NCBI RefSeq assembly: GCF_009914755.1
Contig: NC_060926.1
DNA: 64,000 bases
Direction: 5' to 3' (one strand)
DNA from: the human T2T-CHM13v2.0 reference genome, Homo sapiens
The position numbers and the translations under genes are program-made. Shown here in pieces: positions 35,346-61,570 of the stretch. The notes below the pieces were generated by a model. It was given only the letters and a program-made list of their open reading frames with translations. It was not told where the DNA came from and searched no databases. The first letter of the stretch is position 1; the number at the start of each line of letters is the position of its first letter.

Positions 35346-36357
35346 AGCAGCAATGGGAAGTGAATACAGGTGCCCACCAAGGACATATGTTAAAAATACC
35401 CTATCTGAGAGGTTAATGTTAAATAATAGTGCAACATCAATTGATTTCTCAGTATGAGTCATGTTTTTTTCACAGAACCTACTTTAAGCACTAAAGCATT
35501 AAAGCTTAATGAAATACTCTGGGTGCATAAGGTTAATTAATAGATTGCATCTGTGTAGAGAGCCTGCATGTATCTGAGACTGCAGTTTTCCACTCCAAGC
35601 CAATTCTTGGTAGCTTACCAGCGCCATGCTGCCTCTAGAAGGAGGCTAATTACAACACTGGACATCTCTATCCAAGGGGTTGAAATCTAACATCCAAGAA
35701 CAAAGAGGAATCAGAAGCCAGTTCAGCATGGAATCCCTGTTAAGGCCTCCTCGGAAAACAGGGCAGTAGTGGATCTTTCTCTCCTAGCCAGAACACCAAA
35801 GCCATCAAAGCAGGGGAGATGGGTGCCTGAATAAAGTAACTTTGCTTTTTCTTACAGTGCTGGAGAGGAACATGGCATTCATTTGGATATTCTTCTCACT
35901 CTAAGCAGAAGGTCCTGGTAATAAACATCTAGAAACTGTCCACTATAAATTGTTTGGTTTCTTTTCTCCTGTTTCATGAGGGCATGGTGATATTATACTC
36001 TTGGAATTCCTCTTTTCATCTGCTTCCTTTCTACTGACAGTTCATAAAGAATGGGCCACACTAGAAATAAAGTCTAAGCAGTTATTTCTTAAAATGGCCT
36101 GGGAATTTGGGCTCCATGTACCTTGGTGTGGATACCAGAGAGAATTTTTTTTTTAACGGTGGTCATTTCCATGCCCCGGGCTGCACCCAGATTCCTATGT
36201 GGTTCTTTGAGATCTGAGCTAATAACTTAGGAAGTCGTAGGAGAAAGGTTCATTAACCAGATGCAAAAATTGCATAAGGGGCTTTTCCTGCCTGTTTGCT
36301 GTTCTTAATAATAAAAATGGTTGCCATTTATAGGTTTATACAAAGGGCCAAAATCTA

Positions 36358-36864
<507 letters not shown>

Positions 36865-38084
36865 TTACTACTGCTTCACTAGTTTATTTATGTGGTGAGA
36901 AGCAAATGTTAAGTTTTGAATTAAAATTATTCAATAGCACAGTATTTTATTATGTTAATTGAAGAAAATTTTTCTTCATGATTTCTGTGAACCTGTGACC
37001 TTTCTCTGCATCCAGAGCTCTGAAGGACTTTGGGTATGTTTATGCTATAAGCAATCATTATAGATTATGAGCTAAGTCTACCCACCAGACCAGACGAAGA
37101 CAACACAGGCTTCAGGAAGAGATATTAGACATTGCAGGAAGAGATATTCAGGAAGAGATATTAGATATTAGAACGTGGCCTGTGTACATCCCTAGTCTCT
37201 GAGGACTGAACACTGAAGCCCCTAGATTTGTTAAGGGTTTGAAAGCAGAAAATGCCTTTGTTCCCAAATAGAACCTGTGGAAGTGGCAAATGTCCTAGAG
37301 AAGTGTTCCAGGACCTTCCATGACAAACATAGTGTTGGAGCAATACAGCGGAAATGGCCACAAGGGCAGAGCTGAGAAAGCCAGAGTGAAAGCCTCTGAA
37401 TGTTTCCCCATCCCTAGGGAGGTTTGACAGAGCTAGGGAGAGGCAGATCTGGAGAGGTTTTACGGATGGTCGTCAGACAATGTGGCTGTTATTTGCAAGG
37501 ACAAACCTACCCAAGAGAAGGTGAAGGTTGTCTGACTAGATATCTGACTCAGGAGGTGACAACCAAGGACCAGCCCCTGACTCACCAGCACCACCTCTCA
37601 CTCACTTTCACTTAGCAATTCTGCTGGCAGATGAGGTGGGAAAAATCCAGAATTGACCAAGATGATCTTGAATTAATTTTTTGACTCAGTGCAATGTGAG
37701 GTTACTCTGAATTAATTGATATTTGGTTTCTGACATCTAGTAAAATAAAACTTCAAACTAGAAATTAAATTCAATTATGGGGAAAGGTGATATTTTCTTG
37801 CAAATTTAGTTTGCAACCTAAGAAATACACATTAGCCATAAATGGTGGTAAACTACATCATAAATATATATTGTAAGAATATAGTGTCTCTACTTTTTCA
37901 TTTTCACTTTTAAAGGTAAATTTAAAACATTCACAAAGGGAGAATAAATAGCATAATGAACTCCAGCTCCAACAATTACCAGATGTTGTCAATCTTGTTT
38001 CTTCTATTATCTTCCCACCTCTCTCCACACACGCACACATACTTTCAATTCCCATATTTATATTTAATAGAAAAGGGATTTTAG

Positions 38085-38291
<207 letters not shown>

Positions 38292-38671
38292 TGATATAAG
38301 ATTGTCTTCCTGTTCAAATTTCCCTAGTTGTCTCACCAGCATCTTCTTATCACTCTTTGCTTGAATCATAATCCAAACACGGTCCACCAATTGTATTTGG
38401 AAGTCTCTTAGGTCCCTTTATTGTGTAACACTTTACCCTCTAAGATCTGTGATTCTTAAATCTCTAATGCACGTGGAATCATGTCTGTGAACTGAGCTAA
38501 AAAAAAATGTGAACTGAGCTCCACAAAAAAATAAAAATAACAAGTAAAAAATACATAATGATATCTTGGTAATGCTAAAATCCCTTTTCTATTAAAGATA
38601 CATATGGGAATTTTTGCCTGAAATTATATGTCTAAGGCTGGGCACAAAATTCACAAGTCTGCAAGCTGATT

Positions 38672-38707
38672 TATAAGTACCACGCTAACTCATTGCGCCA
38701 CTGAAGC
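38672..38707 (-). pseudogene. tRNA-Ile(TAT) 5'-half retropseudogene
   Basis: Reverse complement reads GCTTCAGTGGCGCAATGAGTTAGCGTGGTACTTATA, versus the recalled tRNA-Ile-TAT 5' exon GCTCCAGTGGCGCAATCGGTTAGCGCGCGGTACTTATA. Flanked by the 10-bp direct repeat agctgattta. Confidence 0.82.
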
Positions 38708-39327
38708 CAGCACAGCTGATTTAAATGTGGGCTACAAGCAGTGTTTCCCCACCAGAGGAAAGAATTCCTCAGACAGGGATCTGGCTCCCTCTAGTGCTTT
38801 TTCAGATTATAACAGCCTCTGATTCTCAAACCAATTTAGAAATAGAAAAATAATCCCATTGTAAATAGTTCCATGATATATGCCCTTTTAGCTGCGTATT
38901 TCTTATGTCATACCACTCAACAATAAGGAAGGAATTATTTCATTATCTTTGATAATGAAAGATAACGATTACTGAATATCAAGTCCAGAGTCAGAAGCTA
39001 CATGTTTATTCCTCAGTCTGTGGAAGAAGATGTCACAGTCCACCATTCAAAGTAACATCATCATATAGGAGTGCAAAGGCTTCTTTAAAACAACAACAGC
39101 AACAACATCAAAGTAACATCATCATCTCTACCAGAAGTCTTGCTGCTGTTTCCAAGGTACTCCTATTGTTTTAATAGCTCCTTTATTTCAAACTGCCACT
39201 TTTTCATTTTACTCATCCCTGCATTTGGGTTAGAATTGGGAGTAGACAGAGGTTCCTCTAAAAGCAATAAATTCTTACCGTTGTTTCTGATATGGCATCG
39301 AATGGATAAAAATAGAACAGAAGAGAG

Positions 39328-41172
<1,845 letters not shown>

Positions 41173-41189
41173 TTAGAGAAATGGCTGTA

Positions 41190-42880
<1,691 letters not shown>

Positions 42881-43304
42881 AGAGGAGAGGGCTCTGTCCC
42901 TAAAGATGCACGTTGCTGGGAGCAGGCCTACCTCGCTGTGTAATGAACACTGCTGAGTCTAACTGGGCAGACTCTTCTTTTTTCACCTGTAGAAAGTACA
43001 GCCATCAGCGATGGCCACAGGACTTGGTCAGCATGATGACAAGGACTGCGCTAAAATGACAGACAACTGGAGACAATTTGTTAAACAGGATGGGTTCCCG
43101 TGGCAAACTAGGCAAGTTTAACAGGTTTCTTTCCTTTAGGCCTGACACCCTCTGCTGAGTAAGTATCCCTAGGAGTTAGAGAGAGAGAGAGTTAAAAAAA
43201 AAGAAAAAGAAAAAAGCCATCTTAAAACTGAAAAGAAAAAAAAATAAAGATTAGAGTCATTCATTTAAATATTTAAAAAGACTGACCTTATCTTGTGCCC
43301 CAGT

Positions 43305-43746
43305 GTGGTTTGAAATAAAATTTATAGGAGGCCATTGGTTTGGACTGAGCTCTTGCACTAGACCCAACAGACCAAACCGAAATGGAGTCACTCATGCTAA
43401 AGTTCCACGCTACTAACCTGAAACTCAGTTGTTTATCTGAACTGAGAAATCGGAAGAGAGAGAAAACAGTCAAATCCCCAAACAGGCCAGTTTTAGCCAG
43501 CAGGATAAAGAAGTGCCCTCTGCTTTCACCCTTACAAGAAAAGTAACTTTGAATCAACCAGTCCACTTTTTGTTGTCTCTTTCTGCTCTCTTCAGCCCTG
43601 TTATGTCTATAAAACCAACCTTCTCTGCATAGCTCATCAAAACACTCATTCTATCTTATAGAATGCAGTGTTGCCCAATTTTAGAATTGCAAATAAAAGC
43701 CAATTAAGATCTTCAACTAAATTTATTGTAATTTTGTCTTTTGACA
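43305..43746 (+). mobile_element. MER31-like ERV1 solo LTR
   Basis: 'aaataaaatttataggaggccattggtttggactgagctc...ttgtaattttgtcttttgaca'. Confidence 0.7.
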
Positions 43747-44399
43747 GTGATGAAACAGAATGGATTAGTTAAAAGGGTTGAAGCAATTTTCTGACCACGT
43801 GGCATGGTTACAATATACAGCCAACCGCAGAAGTCCAACTCTGACCCTGCTTTAAAAAATAAATCAGAGGGGAAATTTGAAAACCAAAAGAATCGATTCT
43901 GATCCACACTCCTAGAGGCATTATATAGAGCTATCTCCGTGGTTCCTTTAAGATGCTCCAGACTAGAGAAGAACCCGGCGGTTCCTTAACATAATGAAGC
44001 CAGAGCTCTGCCCTCTCAAAAGCTGGGGTGGCCTATTGTCTTCCACCAGGACACAAACCACTCCTTCTGCCCTAGGGCATAAAAAACATCAGGACAGAAT
44101 TCTGATATTCCCTCTCAAAACTATGTTGTGAAACAATGAACCCTGCTTCAGTTATACCTCTGTATCTGTAAGATAAGAGATTTGTAATATCAAGCATGGT
44201 CTTCCTTCCCCTGTTTTTCTACTACAGAAAAAGGCCTGAAGCAAAAGAAAATCGCCTTCCCTTATTACTCTGAACTGCATCACTTTCTCTCCCTTGACTG
44301 GCAGGAATCAGAGGAACGGCTGGCTACTGTTAGTTACAAGGAGCCCAGCCCCAGGCTGACAGCTTCACCTGATTGTCACAAAATCTTATGAGGTCATAG

Positions 44400-44946
44400 T
44401 GTTACAGGAAAGGGGTCCAGATCCAGACCCCAAGAGAGGGTTCTTGGATCTCGTGCAAGAAATAATTCAGGATGAGTCCACAGAGTAAAGCAAAAACAAG
44501 TTTATTAAGAAAGTAAAGGAATAAAAGAATGGCTACTTCATAGACAGTCCGGGCTTGCTGGTTGCCCATCTTTATGGTAATTTCTTGATGATATGCTAAA
44601 CAATGGGTGGATTATTCATGCCTCCCCTTTTTAGACCATATAGGGTAACTTCCTGGCATTGCCATGGCATTTGCAAACTGTCATGGCGCTGGTGGGAGTG
44701 TAGCAGTGAGGATCACCGGAGGTCACTCTCGTCACCATCTTGGTTTTGGTGGGTTTTAGCTGGTTTCTTTACTGCAACCTGTTTTACCAGCAAGGACTTT
44801 ATGACATGTATCTTGTGCCAACCTCCTGTCTCATCCTGTGACTTAGAATGCCTTACCCGTCTGGGAATGCAGCCCAGTAGGTATCAGCCTCATTTTACCC
44901 AGCTCCTATTCAAGATGGAGTTGTTCTGGTTCACATGCTTCTAACA
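44400..44946 (-). mobile_element. MER41A solo LTR
   Basis: Reverse complement starts 'tgttagaagcatgtgaaccagaacaactccatcttgaatagg' and ends 'ggacccctttcctgtaaca'. It has the short 'aggggaggcatgaataatcc' junction of MER41A. Confidence 0.85.
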
Positions 44947-45141
44947 GTAGCTATTATCCCCATTTTATAGATGTGCAATGGAAGCCACAAGTCAGTAAGT
45001 AGTATTGCCAAAATTCAGCCTCAGATCTATCAAGCCACAAAACCCATGCCCTCAACCACTCTGCTCTGACTGCCATATAGGCAGTATCCTTCTAACACAC
45101 AGGACTGCCTGTAAGTAAATGATGCTTACTAGCTTTGGGGG

Positions 45142-45886
45142 TATTGATGAAGAGTCAAACTCTGTGAAATATTTGAAGAGATTTATTCGGAGCCTAATAT
45201 GAGTGACCATGGCCCGTGACACAGCCCTCAGGAGGTCCTGAGAACATGTGCCCAAGGTGGTCGGGGTACAGTTTAGTTTTACATATTTTAGGAAGGCATG
45301 AGACATCAATCAAATACATTTACGAAATACATTGGTTTGGTTCAGAAAGGCAGGACAGCTCAAAGTGGTGGTTTCCAGGCTATAGGTAAATTTAAACATT
45401 TTCTAGTTGACAGTTGGTTGAGTTTATCCGAAGACCTGGGATCAATAGAAAGGAAATGTTCCGGTTAAGATAAAGGATTGTGGAGACCAAGTTTTATTGT
45501 GCAGAAGAAGCTCTCAGATAGCAGACTTCAGAGAGAGCAGGTTGTAAAATGTTTCTTATTGGATTTAAAATGGTCCCTGGCTCTCAGTTGATTATCTCCT
45601 GGATCTGGAAAGGAAGAAGGAAAACAAAGGGGGAAGGGGATTCTCTATAGAATGTGGATTTTTCCCACAAGAAACTTTGCAGGGCAGTTTCAAGATATGG
45701 CAAGGAAATATATTTTGGGGTAAAACATTTTTATTTTCTTCCTTGTCATGCCAGATTGGAAGCAAGTCACGATATACAGGGTTAAATAAAACCCATCTGA
45801 TGAGAGTTTATGGTTTGCAGGGCATGACTCCCCAGACCCCTTAGATAGGAATTTGGGCAAGATAAAAAATCAGACTTTAGTCCTCA
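45142..45886 (-). mobile_element. MER4D/E-like ERV1 solo LTR
   Basis: Reverse complement starts 'tgaggactaaagtctgattttttatcttgcccaaattcctatctaagggg'. The other end reads 'gaagagtcaaactctgtgaaatatttgaagagatttattc'. Confidence 0.8.
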
Positions 45887-46365
45887 GGAGGAGGGAAAGA
45901 AAGTTATTCACATCTAAAAACAGACATTTAAAAAAACCAAAAAGTGTCAGTGAATACATAATGAAATACTGCATTTTTATGGGCATGATTAAGTTACACC
46001 TTTCAGAAAATACATGCTATAAGTGGGTAAAAAAGACAATACGAGATTAAATATTAAATATTTAATAAAATGATTAAATATTAAATATTTAATAAAATGA
46101 TTAAATATTAAATATAGCAGTGAAATTTCAGAGTGGGGCAATTAACACCAGACCTCCAGTCTAAGCCTCCCAGATACCAGGAATCACTTCAGACACATGA
46201 ATTTGGTAGTGGTGTACAGGGTGAATTAAGGCCCACTTAGAAGACTCTTGCAAATAATCCAAGAAGGAGCTCATTATGTAACCCAGGATCCCCAGGTTTT
46301 GGGGGGTATGTGCTATGAAAAAGTATCCACCTGTAACTGTTGCACCTTGAGTTCTTGCTGTTTCA

Positions 46366-46815
<450 letters not shown>

Positions 46816-46819
46816 AAAT

Positions 46820-49716
<2,897 letters not shown>

Positions 49717-50050
49717 ATTATAAAAGAATCACCATTTTATGTAAGCACTTAGGCTAAAAAAATAGTAAAAACATCCTATGTGGCCAGCAGCCTTGAAACA
49801 ATAGAATTTAGTCAAATAATGATTACCTGCATAAGATATGCTTTCCATCTAAGTAGTTTCCCCAGTGATTTTTGCCAGTATTCTAATTCTACACGGAGTA
49901 AACACAAACTGTAAATGTTAAGAAATTGCCCATGGCATAATAATCACCTTTCAAATTTCTCATATGTTAAGGCTACTTCTTAATAATTATTATTCTCTAA
50001 TAATTTGGAGTTACAGAGAAAGTAAGATTCCTTCAAAGTTTGGTGAGTTT

Positions 50051-50382
<332 letters not shown>

Positions 50383-50642
50383 CCTTAGATATTATCTGTG
50401 TAATCAGATAGACTGGGCTAAGCCACAGCCTCATTCCTTGTCAACTGGATAACTTCAGAAAAGTGTTTTAACTTCTCCAAATCCTAGTTTCTTCCGCTGT
50501 AACATGAGGATAGTCAACACTGACAAAGAAGGATGACTATAAGGATTCATGAGATACGGTGTGTAAAGCTAGCCTCATTCATGGCAATGGTCACTGCTCA
50601 GCAAGAGAAAGCAGCCCTTATGACTATATTGCTGAGATTTTA

Positions 50643-51407
<765 letters not shown>

Positions 51408-51977
51408 TTAAAAAGAGAGAAATGAAAACAGTACTGCCTAGTGGGAAAGACTACATAAACATGTTCTTTTCTGCCACTTTCTTGTCTCTGCAGAAATTGC
51501 AATAAACCAGGCCCCAGTTGCCTGCCCCAGACTTCCTGACTTCTTGCACCAGGGCAGCCCATCAAAGTTATCCCATTTTGTTCAATTTGGGATTCACACT
51601 CCCTCACCACATACCCCAAAACAGACATGCTCAAATAATTTTTAGAGGCAGAATTCTTTTTTGAAACAGTTTTATGCAGAACCAATACATACAAACTGTT
51701 CTGGTTCTGCTTGGATAGGGTTCCCCCAGGAGTCATTCCTGCCCCCAGTCAAGTTCATCAGATGGCTGCATACAACTCTGAGTGTCTTACAGAATCAAGT
51801 TGGTAAACCATTGCTTTGGATTTTAACTTTTTCCTCTTTTTCTTACTTTCTGTCTCTTCAAAGCTTCTTTTTAATGTTCATTCTAATTGTTTTTTCCCAA
51901 AATAAGCCTTTAGGTTGGTACCTGGCATCATCCATGACAGTATAAGCGTTTACCATCACTTTAAAAGCATTAAGTGA

Positions 51978-52256
51978 GGCTGGGCGTGGTGGCTCACCCC
52001 TGTAATCCCAGCACTTTGGGGGGCTGAGGTGGGAGGACTGCTTGAGTCCAGGAGTTTGAGACCAGCTTGGGCAACATAGGGACACCCTGTCTCTACAAAA
52101 ACTACAAAAATTAGCCAGGCCTGGTGGTACACACCTATAGTCCCAGCTACTCGGGAGGTTGAGGCAGGAGAATCACCTGAGCCCAAGAGGCAGAGTTTAG
52201 AGTGAGCCAAGATTATGCCACTGCCTGGGTGACGGAGCAAGACCTTTTCTCAAAAA
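51978..52256 (+). mobile_element. AluJ in RBM43 intron 3
   Basis: Alu consensus with TSD-like 'cattaagtga'. Confidence 0.9.
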
Positions 52257-52395
52257 ATATACACTTTGTAAAATAAAACATTAAGTGACACACATAGAAA
52301 GATAAAAATAGATGAGGTGATAACCAAAATTTCAAGGGCCAGGGTTGGCCTTTAACACTGACTCAGGGAGTTTGCATTTTCTTTCCTAGAAGTCA

Positions 52396-52611
<216 letters not shown>

Positions 52612-54024
52612 TCAGAAGTGTTTATGGCATGATACACTAATAATTTTTTAATAAAAATAGGCATATTCAATTATAGAAGAATGTCTAAGATTTTTTTCTA
52701 CATTTTTCCTCTAAATTCAACATTCAAATCACTTTTTTGTTGCACTTTAACTCATTAAAGTTCATTTTATGTGTAAATATTATCCAAATCATGTTATAAA
52801 GCACACAAGGTATTATATGCATGAATAAAAAACAAAAATGTAAAGGTATATCCCCATCTCTGTTAATTCTAGTCACAAGAAGACTTTACATTCTTGATCC
52901 AAGATATCATACTGTTCTGGTTTTCCTCCCAATTCACTGGCTGACCTGCTGAGTCTCCTTCCTAATCCTCCTCTCTTCCCATTCTCTAGATGTTGGCGAG
53001 ACCTGGACCTCAGGCCTCATGCTTCTTTGCTAACCTGTACCCCATCCCCTGGGTGATCTCAACCATCTCTATGGCTTTAGACAACATCTCTACGTGAATC
53101 GCTTTCAAAATTCTATCTTCAGCCTCGATCTTTCTCCCTTCTGCCTGTAGAACTCTCTACCTCATTATCCTAATAGGCATCTCATTGACCCAAACTGAAC
53201 TGTTGATAACTATCTCCCTCCCAAATGTATTCTATCCCCAGTGTTCTCCACCACAGAAAATGATATTTAATCCATCAACATGTCCCGAATACCCACCAGT
53301 TCTTATCACCTGCCCTGGTACTGCCCTATCAAAGCCAACGATGAGTAGTAATTCCTGTTGTTCAAACAGCTGCTAGGTTGCTCATTTAAGAAAAGGCAGT
53401 CCAATCTTGTCAATCCCCTGCTTGAAACCTTCCATCTCACCCCAGAATAAAATCCCAGACACCTTTCCATGATCCAGCAGTTACTGAGCATAAACTGGCC
53501 CCGGCTCCCCATCTAACCACATCTCCTATCACTCTCCCCCAGCTCATTCCACTCCAGCCACACAGGCCTCCTTGCTGTTCTTCCACACACCCAGCATGCT
53601 CCCCACTCACAAAATGACCAGTCCCTCCCTTGGCCTAGAATGTTCTCCCCACTTATCTGTATGAATTATTCCCTTGGCCTCTGCTCAAATGTCATCTAAA
53701 CAGAGCATTTCCCTTCCTATTCATCTAAAACAGCACTTTCCGTCATATTCTATCCCTTTATTCTTCTTTATGTCTTGTCGTAGCACTTATTTATGAATAT
53801 ATAATCATAAATATATTTAAATAAACAAATATCTAAGTTTTATATAAATAAATAAAGCACCAAACATATTATAGATTCATTTGTTTAAAATCTGTCCAGA
53901 TGTACATCTCAAGAAAAAAAAGGCTTTGCCTATTTCACTTATTGCTGTATCCTCAAGACCCAGCATGCTGCCTGGTAAATAACAGGTACTCAGAAAATAT
54001 TTATGAATGAATGACCGAGGCCAA

Positions 54025-54059
<35 letters not shown>

Positions 54060-54068
54060 GTCTCTCTG
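54025..54068. repeat. (TC)n microsatellite
   Basis: Read directly from the sequence. Confidence 0.9.
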
Positions 54069-54867
54069 AGTTGCCAATTCAACATATAAAATATTAACTT
54101 TCAAAAACACTACCATCTCCTTAGAGAAAAAATGAGCCCCTGAGCCCCTCCTGCCATCCCTTACCTGAACATCCCCATTGAGAAGGAATGACTTAATTAA
54201 TGGTGACAGCTAAAGGTACTGAAAATCCATAGTGCCTTGGATCTTTCTCTGGACTCTGTCATCCCTCAAGCAAAGCAAGTTCTCTTGCTCTGCTCCAACC
54301 CCCATGTGGTATGTTCACCTCCAAGAGCCTGGCATGGAGACTTGTTTTTCTCTGGCAATGTATTTTCTGCCAGCCACTAAGCTGTAAAGAAGGTTGCCCG
54401 TTCCATGAGGCTGAAGGGGTATGTGTGCTCTGCCAACCCAACTTCCTCACCATCTAAGTCAGGGATTGGGTGCAGGGAGCAGAATGGCTCATTCTGATCT
54501 CAAATCCAAGCCACACTTCTCAATTCAACTTTGCCAGTAATAAGGCAGATACTATATTAGAATATCCATTTATTCTAAAATATATAATTGAGGCCACCTG
54601 AAAATTCCCAAAGTAGTCATCTTGTTTATGAGATTATATATCATCTTTGTGGGGTTTTTCTCCATTTTGTCGGTATTTTACAGGTTTTCTACAATAAAAT
54701 GTAACACTTTCACCCCAAGATATAGACAGATTCAAAATACAGAAGAAAGTTTTCAAGAATTTGCCAGTCACTAACAACTTTATCATGAGCCATTTTCATA
54801 TCTTTTCTTCCTAAAGCAATATCGTGCCATTTGTATATTCACAATAAAATATTTTTTTTTAAAGTTA

Positions 54868-55167
<300 letters not shown>

Positions 55168-55198
55168 CTACTTTAAAATTTACCAATTCCGTGGATCA

Positions 55199-55525
<327 letters not shown>

Positions 55526-55678
55526 CTATATAATAAAGATGACATCACACTTCAGTGGAGAGAATATCTTATTCTATAAAAGTGCCGGTGCAGCTGGTTA
55601 GATACTTTTTAAAAGGGGTGTAGGGGAGTAAATCCTTGCCTCACACCATATACCAACATAAACTCTATATGAATTTAA

Positions 55679-60130
<4,452 letters not shown>

Positions 60131-61464
60131 GGGAGATCATTTTCTGCACCCCAACAATATCAAAGAAAAACATGCAATCAATTTAAACTCAGGAAATCTT
60201 ACTTCAGCTCTATGCCCTCATTAGTACTAATACCATATTTCTTTATTCCAATGTCTACTGGTAATTTATCTTTAAAATCAAAGAAACTTCTCCCTGAACC
60301 AGTATTTTTAGAAGAAAAAAACATAAAGATGTAAATTTTGTTTGGTAAGAACTAGTTTCTATGAATCATCTAATGAATTAGTACTTCAATGACTTGCCAA
60401 TATTTGTCCTTAACTCCCTTTCATAGGTTGGAGAAAGTATGGCTAACATAGATAATTTTACTGAGGTCAATTATGAATAATGAGGGTTGTTCATCTCTTC
60501 TACCCACGATTAAGATAAAGAAATGCCTAGAGAAAGACAGTCCTTTCAAGGACTTTGAAACGAGCAGCTTTTAGCCAAGACATACTAACGTGATGGCGCA
60601 TTTCCTTGCATCAGTATTGTGTTATAACAGACTTGGCCATCTTATCAGAAAGCAAAAAGTATATAGCAAAACTTTACTTTTGTAAGTAAGGCATTGGGAA
60701 GAAACAGAAGATTCATTGACTGCATTTGTTTATATTGATTTTCTCAAAATCAGTTGTTTATTTTCAATGACGACGCCTCTACCGCCACCAGGTCAACAAA
60801 AACGTACTTGCTTTTGCATTTCCGGGACTCTAGCATTTCAGAGCAGGAATTAAAGGCCTTGCCAAGGCTTTTAAGCGATTGATGGAAACAAAACAAAACA
60901 CAGAAGGATAAATTTTGAATTTGCTAAGACAAGAATTCGCACCAAGGCAGACATAAGACATGAGGATGTCTTCCTGACTTGCGTCCTTGGCTCGAATCGT
61001 TCTTACTAGCCCTTTTCAAAAGGCAGCTGTGACCTCCATTTCTGGCTAATCAGGCCACTTTTGTTCCCCCCGAGGCGTGGGAGGACAACAGTTAAGCCCT
61101 AACAGCCTGCGAAGCAGCTCCTCGACGAACGGCGGCGTCCCCGTCGCCTGGGCAGTGGGTGTGGGAGGTGACAGCCTAGTCCTGAGCCTCTGGAGCGGGC
61201 CTATACTGCACCGCCGTACGTGAATTTCAGGAGCGCGCAATGCCGCCACCTGGGAAGGGTGCAGCGAGGCTGACCTGAGTTTGCCCGCCGGGGTGGACGG
61301 CTCTCCGGGGCCCCCGGGGTCCCTGGGGCCCCTCCGTGCGCCGCCCCCTCCCGCGCAGCCCTGCACCCTGGCCCGTCGCGCCCGGTTCCGCGCCCTTCTA
61401 GGGGACCATGGCGACGGTACAGGCACGGACCTGCACCGCAAAACCCAAAGCAAAAGCAACTTGC

Positions 61465-61467
61465 CAT
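61465..61467 (-). CDS. RBM43: RBM43 exon 1 coding part (ATG only)
   Basis: Exon 2 starts in phase 0 at Ala2. 'ccgccATG|gcaagt' gives a strong Kozak context and a GC-type donor. An alternative 'cgccATG|gtcccc' lies at 61407-61409. Confidence 0.7.
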
Positions 61468-61551
61468 GGCGGAGGGGAGACGCGCCCTCAGCGGCCACAG
61501 GAAGCCCACAACCAGCGGAACGCAGGCGATGGGGAGAGGAGCGAGCAGGCA

Positions 61552-61570
61552 GGTTTTGGTTTCGTTTTTT
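61552..61570 (-). promoter_or_regulatory. ISRE/IRF-like element
   Basis: + strand 'ggttttggtttcgtttttt' reads AAAACGAAACCAAAACC on the minus strand, i.e. tandem IRF half-site-like motifs. Confidence 0.55.

Noticed and set aside
39048-39126. Repeat 'tcaaagtaacatcatcat' twice, about 60 bp apart, resembling a TSD
   Set aside because: The intervening sequence matches nothing I recognise, and it is too short to distinguish a tiny retro-insertion from a local duplication.
46045-46115. Short AT-rich direct repeats that could look like a CRISPR array
   Set aside because: Simple tandem or palindromic AT repeat with no unique spacers, in eukaryotic DNA.
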